Shown here in pieces: positions 59,318 to 64,000 of a stretch of DNA of 64,000 bases (its first letter is position 1; every line of letters begins with the position of its first letter). The notes beneath the pieces are model-generated. The model was not told the DNA's origin and made no database searches. It saw nothing but the letters and a program-made list of their open reading frames with translations. A program made the position numbers and the translations under genes. Source of the DNA: Spirochaetota bacterium (GTDB taxonomy: Bacteria; Spirochaetota; UBA4802; JAFGDQ01); assembly GCA_043803405.1 (NCBI GenBank), contig JAZDKB010000053.1, forward strand, positions 21,185-85,184, given 5' to 3'.

Positions 59318-60394
59318 TTAATCGCCTGCGAACCTGTATACTAAAGATGATCCCTCAATTACTGCGTTTTCAGCAAATGGGGATTTAAGCGGCCTGGAAA
59401 TATCAATAAGACGTTTAAGGGTATTAAGGGCACGGGTTCCGTTAAGAAATTTATACTGGAAAGGGGTTTCGGCGTCGCCATTGCCGTTTATGGGGAATAC
59501 GCGGAAATAGTGTATCCTGTTTTTCAGGAAAGATATTTCAACAAGAATATTTTCTTTCGCATCCCTGTTGTATGATCCGAAGATAAAATTGCCAAGCGAG
59601 TAAAATATCGGTTTTCCTTTATAGATTTCAATACCCTGAACTATGTGCGGATGGTGCCCTATAATAACATCTGCTCCGCTGTCAATAATCGAATGCCCAA
59701 GTTCAATATCGTATTCCGCTGGATACACAGAGTATTCGATCCCCCAGTGCAGTGAAACAATAATAAAGTCATAAAAAGATTTGCACTTTTGAACATCTGA
59801 TCTTATTATGTTTAAATCCGCCTTCGCGACACCCGGAGTGTTTTCGCCTGCCAGAGTATCTTCATAAGCTACGTTTGTATATGCCAGTATTGCGAATCTT
59901 GTGTTTTTAATTTCAGTTGTTATCGGGACACGGGCTTCGGATAAATCACCGCCCGCGCCTGTAAAGTTTATCCCGTTAGCAGTAAGATTTTCAAGCGTGT
60001 TGAACAGGCCTGTTTTCCCGTAATCCAGTGTGTGATTATTCGCAAGGCTAACCCCGTTTATTCCTGCTGCCTTTAGTAAAGCGACATGTTCTGTATTTCC
60101 CTGAAAAATGTACTTTTTTGCCGGATGTACTTCGCCGTTATCGGATATCGGGCATTCAAGATTGCAAAAATTGTAATCAAAATTATCGAGAAATTTTTTT
60201 AAATGAATAACGGGAGAATCAATTCCGTTGTTAAGAATTACTTCTTTTATAGCCCAGTCAAGCATTACGTCTCCGGCAAATAGAATCCTGACTAACTGTG
60301 AATGATTGTTCTTAGACTTTTCAGGATCAGGATTGCCGGTTGTGCTGCATGCAGACAATAAAAGAATTAAAATTAAATATATTTTTCCAATCAT
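59318..60394 (-). CDS. CapA-family metallophosphoesterase lipoprotein
   Basis: AGDVML, NLE, LANNHTLDYG, HWGIEY, GHHPH, YSLGNF; LSAC lipobox. Confidence 0.9.
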   Translation of the reverse strand: MIGKIYLILILLLSACSTTGNPDPEKSKNNHSQLVRILFAGDVMLDWAIKEVILNNGIDSPVIHLKKFLDNFDYNFCNLECPISDNGEVHPAKKYIFQGNTEHVALLKAAGINGVSLANNHTLDYGKTGLFNTLENLTANGINFTGAGGDLSEARVPITTEIKNTRFAILAYTNVAYEDTLAGENTPGVAKADLNIIRSDVQKCKSFYDFIIVSLHWGIEYSVYPAEYDIELGHSIIDSGADVIIGHHPHIVQGIEIYKGKPIFYSLGNFIFGSYNRDAKENILVEISFLKNRIHYFRVFPINGNGDAETPFQYKFLNGTRALNTLKRLIDISRPLKSPFAENAVIEGSSLVYRFAGD

Positions 60395-60796
60395 TTGCTA
60401 AAAAGTCCGTTGTCGGTAATTTTCCGTATTATATATTAAAGCCGGTTTCAGCAGCTAAATTGAAGCTGATTGCCGAGATTTTTTCTTCAGGAATATGTTT
60501 CTTGAAAAAGTTATTTATTTAAAGCGACAAAATAAAGAATAAGTCAATGGAAATCCGAATATTTTTTACAATTTTTTTAACAGTTGAAATTTTTTTCTCA
60601 TTGACTAATTTCCGGAATTTTTATAATTTCTATTGAACGACTGAATTATTAATATAATTTGCTGAATTCGTACTATATATAATATCAATAATTAGAATAT
60701 TGCTGTTTTTACGGTTTTATAAGGTTATAGGTAAAACAAGGCAAAAATAGATTTTTGGCATAAAAATATTATATTAAAATATAAAGGAGATGTGAT

Positions 60797-61306
60797 ATGA
60801 AAAAGAATTATTTTGTAATTTTTTTATTTGTCTCAATTGCTTTTGTTTTTGCGTTTGGTTGCGCCACCACGCCCGGCCAGACTCCGGAACCAGGTAAAGG
60901 CGGCGCTGCAATGGATATTTCTTCTTATAACAAGCAGCTGACTGACCATTCTATAGGCGGATTTGCTTATAAAAGCTCAAAACTTGATACGGTAAAATGG
61001 GACAGATGGGCGGCAAAAGCTGCGCCAATAGTAAAAGATATAATAGCTAAACTCCCGGAAGGATATGCATTGCAGGTAACAGGCCATACTGATGCAAGCG
61101 GTCCGGAAGAAAAGGAAGGCGGTAAACCCGGCAATTTAAAGATATCGACAGACAGAGCAAAAACGGTTTATGACGCACTTAAAAGGGCAAACATAAACTC
61201 TCCGAAAATGACCTATAAAGGAATCGGATCCGAAGAACTCATAAACGGGTATGATCCGAGAGCTGCGGAGCAGAGAAGAGTATCATTCAAGATAGTTCAA
61301 AAATAA
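60797..61306 (+). CDS. OmpA-domain lipoprotein, Loa22-like
   Basis: AFGC lipobox; GFAYK...LPEGYALQVTGHTDASGPE...GN...RA...QRRVSF resembles Leptospira Loa22 as recalled. Confidence 0.85.
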   Translation: MKKNYFVIFLFVSIAFVFAFGCATTPGQTPEPGKGGAAMDISSYNKQLTDHSIGGFAYKSSKLDTVKWDRWAAKAAPIVKDIIAKLPEGYALQVTGHTDASGPEEKEGGKPGNLKISTDRAKTVYDALKRANINSPKMTYKGIGSEELINGYDPRAAEQRRVSFKIVQK

Positions 61307-61330
61307 ACAATTCTCTCATTTGCTTTTCAC

Positions 61331-61361
61331 AAAAAAAGCCGGGACCATCTCCCGGCTTTTT
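61331..61361 (+). terminator. Intrinsic terminator
   Basis: AAAAAGCCGGGA-CCATC-TCCCGGCTTTTT after the OmpA gene. Confidence 0.85.
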
Positions 61362-61370
61362 ATTTTCTCA

Positions 61371-61453
61371 TAGATTCTTAATTTAACCTATTGTTATCAA
61401 AATAATTATTGTCCCGAATACGCCTTCCAATAGGTTTTGGGACGTACTCTTAA
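61371..61453. repeat. Family E repeat, degenerate copy
   Basis: AACCTATTG ... CAATAGGTTTTGGGACGTACTCT matches the right arm at 10308-10330. Confidence 0.65.
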
Positions 61454-61767
61454 TTTTATTATACAAAGCGTTCGGTAACCATAAAATATATATATTGAAA
61501 AAATTCAAATTGACAAGAAAACTTTGAATATTAACATAGATTATCCTTGTGCAATAAAATAAGTGATTGACCGCATTCTATTACAGGCTATAGGAATAAT
61601 TATTCCATGGCGGATAATTAGATGCAGGGATTTTTGGAAATTACATTATGTTTTTATAAAGCTAATGGGCGATTCTTTATATAGAAATAAATCGCTGGGC
61701 GCAGGACCGGTGCGGCAGCTTTAGCTCTTTCCCACGGGAACATAATTAAACAATAAAAAGGTATATT

Positions 61768-63642
61768 ATGTCAAAAAGAATATTATATATTATAATAATT
61801 CCATTAGCGCTTATTCTTTTGCCGAAAGTATCATGCCAGAAAAAAGACACGGAAGTTCAGGACAAATCCGCAAAGGTCGACTCTATTCCGGCAAAAAAAA
61901 CCAATATTGTAAAAGATAAAGGATGCATTGAGGGAAACTGTATTGATGGCCGCGGAACTTATGTTTATGAAGACGGCAGCACATATACCGGCAATTTTAA
62001 GGATGGGAAAAGACATGGTAAAGGGAAAATGAAATGGGCATCCGGTTCCAGAAAAGGTGAAGAGTATGAAGGTGACTGGTTTAATGACAATATGGACGGA
62101 CTTGGCGTTTATACTTATACAGACGGAAGTAAATATACGGGTTCATTTAAAGACGGCAAGAGGCACGGCAAAGGCGTTATGGCATGGGAGTCCGGGCCGC
62201 GTAAAGGTGAAAAATACGAAGGCGAATGGTTTAATGATAAAATAGAAGGTAAAGGCGTTTACACATATGCCGACGGCAGCAAATATGAAGGCGAATTTAA
62301 AGATGGCAAAAGAAACGGCAAAGGCAAAATGATATGGGCGTTCGGGCCGCGCAAAGGTGAGATCTACGAAGGCGAATGGAAAGACGACAAAATGAACGGT
62401 AAGGGCACATATATCTATGCCGATGGCAGCAAATATGAAGGCGAGTTCAAAGACGATAAAAAAGACGGCAAAGGTAAAATGACATGGGAATCCGGGCTGC
62501 GCAAAGGTGAGACCTACGAAGGCGAATGGAAAGATGACAAAATTGAAGGTAAAGGCGTTTACACTTATGCCGACGGCAGCAAATACGAAGGTGAGTTTAA
62601 AGACGGCAAGAAAGACGGGAAGGGGACAATGACATGGGCGTCCGGGCCGCGTAAGGGTGATAAATATACCGGCGAATGGAAAGATGACAAGATTGAAGGC
62701 AAAGGCGTTTACACTTATGCCGATGGCAGTAAATATGAAGGCGAATTCAAAGACGGCAAGAAAGACGGGAAGGGGACAATGACATGGGCGTCGGGGCCGC
62801 GTAAAGGTGAAAAATATGAAGGCGAGTGGAAAGACGATAAGATTGAAGGCAAAGGCGTTTATACTTATGCCGATGGCAGCAAATACGAGGGCGAATTCAA
62901 AGACGGCAGAAAGCACGGGAAAGGGACAATGACCTGGGCGTCCGGCCTGCGCAAAGGTGACAAATATACGGGTGAGTGGGCGGATGATGAAATGCATGGC
63001 CTGGGAAAATATTCATATGCTGACGGAAGGTTATATGAAGGCAGGTTCGAGAAAGGGAAAAAGCACGGATATGGAGTAATGACCTGGACGAGCGGGCCTA
63101 AAAAGGGCGAAAAATATGCGGGTGACTGGAAAGATGATAAAATGGACGGTCTTGGAGTATATACATATCCTAACGGTAAAAAACAAACCGGGCAATGGAA
63201 AAACGGGAAATGGTACGGGATTGTTAAAGCAACTGCCGAAAAAAGCAAGCCGGCAGTTATTAAACCGAATAGCGATAAAACAGCTGTTAAAAAGCCTGTG
63301 CCTGTAGCTCCTAAAGAAAAGAAGAAGGAAATTGAGAATACAACTAAATCAGATGATTTACCGGATATTTTAAAAGCCGAATATATCTATATACAAAAAG
63401 ACTGGCAGAACTGGCATTTGCTTGAAGGCGGACTTGAAAAATATATAAAAGATAAAATTTTGCAAATTGAATATATTGACGGAAATATTACAAAAGGGAA
63501 ATTGATAAATATTGCCAACGAAAGGGAAATAGGCTATAATCGCTGGAAAACCTATTGGAATGTTGAAACCCTGGACACCGGAAAAACAAAAGTGCCTGAG
63601 ATGTCAATATGGAGAATAAAAATATTGAAGGAAACGAGATAA
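61768..63642 (+). CDS. MORN-repeat exported protein
   Basis: GCIEGNCIDG cap, then about 8.5 tandem 50-aa units of YEGEWKDDKIEGKGVYTYADG type. Confidence 0.92.
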   Translation: MSKRILYIIIIPLALILLPKVSCQKKDTEVQDKSAKVDSIPAKKTNIVKDKGCIEGNCIDGRGTYVYEDGSTYTGNFKDGKRHGKGKMKWASGSRKGEEYEGDWFNDNMDGLGVYTYTDGSKYTGSFKDGKRHGKGVMAWESGPRKGEKYEGEWFNDKIEGKGVYTYADGSKYEGEFKDGKRNGKGKMIWAFGPRKGEIYEGEWKDDKMNGKGTYIYADGSKYEGEFKDDKKDGKGKMTWESGLRKGETYEGEWKDDKIEGKGVYTYADGSKYEGEFKDGKKDGKGTMTWASGPRKGDKYTGEWKDDKIEGKGVYTYADGSKYEGEFKDGKKDGKGTMTWASGPRKGEKYEGEWKDDKIEGKGVYTYADGSKYEGEFKDGRKHGKGTMTWASGLRKGDKYTGEWADDEMHGLGKYSYADGRLYEGRFEKGKKHGYGVMTWTSGPKKGEKYAGDWKDDKMDGLGVYTYPNGKKQTGQWKNGKWYGIVKATAEKSKPAVIKPNSDKTAVKKPVPVAPKEKKKEIENTTKSDDLPDILKAEYIYIQKDWQNWHLLEGGLEKYIKDKILQIEYIDGNITKGKLINIANEREIGYNRWKTYWNVETLDTGKTKVPEMSIWRIKILKETR

Positions 63643-63680
63643 AGGCAAATTTTATTACCATTTATCATGTTTTAAACGAA

Positions 63681-63749
63681 TAGACTTGCTGCAAATCTAA
63701 AGTGGAGAAATCTTCCTTCGGCAATTCAGAGATTTCTCGTCGCTATGCT
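63681..63749. repeat. Family D repeat, truncated copy
   Basis: TAGACTTGCTGCAAATCTAAAGTGGAGAAATCT...AGATTTCTCG. Confidence 0.7.
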
Positions 63750-64000
63750 GGATACGATTGCCTTCTGATAACCTGCCCCTACAAAAACTCAAACAGTCCT
63801 CGAAAATTTTCATTAATTCCATCAAATTTAAGCATCACAAATACTATTAACGAATTTTGAGTTAGCAATCCACCGGCGGCCGCCGGACAAATATGAGAGA
63901 AACGTAGATGAGACAGGCCGATAAAAAAGTGTGAAGTATTCTGAAAATGACTGAAAAACCTATGGAGTCAAGAACCCGTTAGTTAGCATAGTCTCAGACA

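Noticed and set aside
62143..62997. Long antisense ORF in the MORN gene, and similar ones at 14903-15769 and 17819-18736
   Set aside because: Shadow frames of well-supported genes with no independent motifs.
63770..63782. AACCTGCCCCTAC, resembling half of a GTAG-type REP
   Set aside because: Single partial copy with no partner arm or RAYT gene in the window.

Overview
AT-rich bacterial chromosomal segment, most likely from an anaerobic relative of Leptospira (Spirochaetota), judged from a Loa22-like OmpA lipoprotein and a Leptospira-type Omp85-family protein. It carries housekeeping genes (tRNA-Val, thrS-infC-rpmI-rplT, zapB-like/zapA, hom-thrC, argD, lsrF-fba, adk, gltA, a DEAD-box helicase), many envelope proteins, and a 13-kb Wood-Ljungdahl CODH/ACS cluster (cooC-folD-small ORF-acsD-cooS-acsB-acsC-acsE-DUF3786-cooC). 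The most unusual content is intergenic. At least five families of palindromic REP/MITE-like repeats occur, and they fill every spacer from cooC to acsE. One family brackets a stand-alone DUF559 (Vsr-like) endonuclease gene with 30-bp inverted repeats and also occurs as gene-less copies, which suggests an autonomous/non-autonomous element pair built around a nuclease rather than a transposase. A nine-unit, exactly 21-bp-periodic palindrome array lies just upstream of acsB. No CRISPR array, rRNA, integrase or classical transposase was seen. All family assignments come from motif recognition, not database searches.
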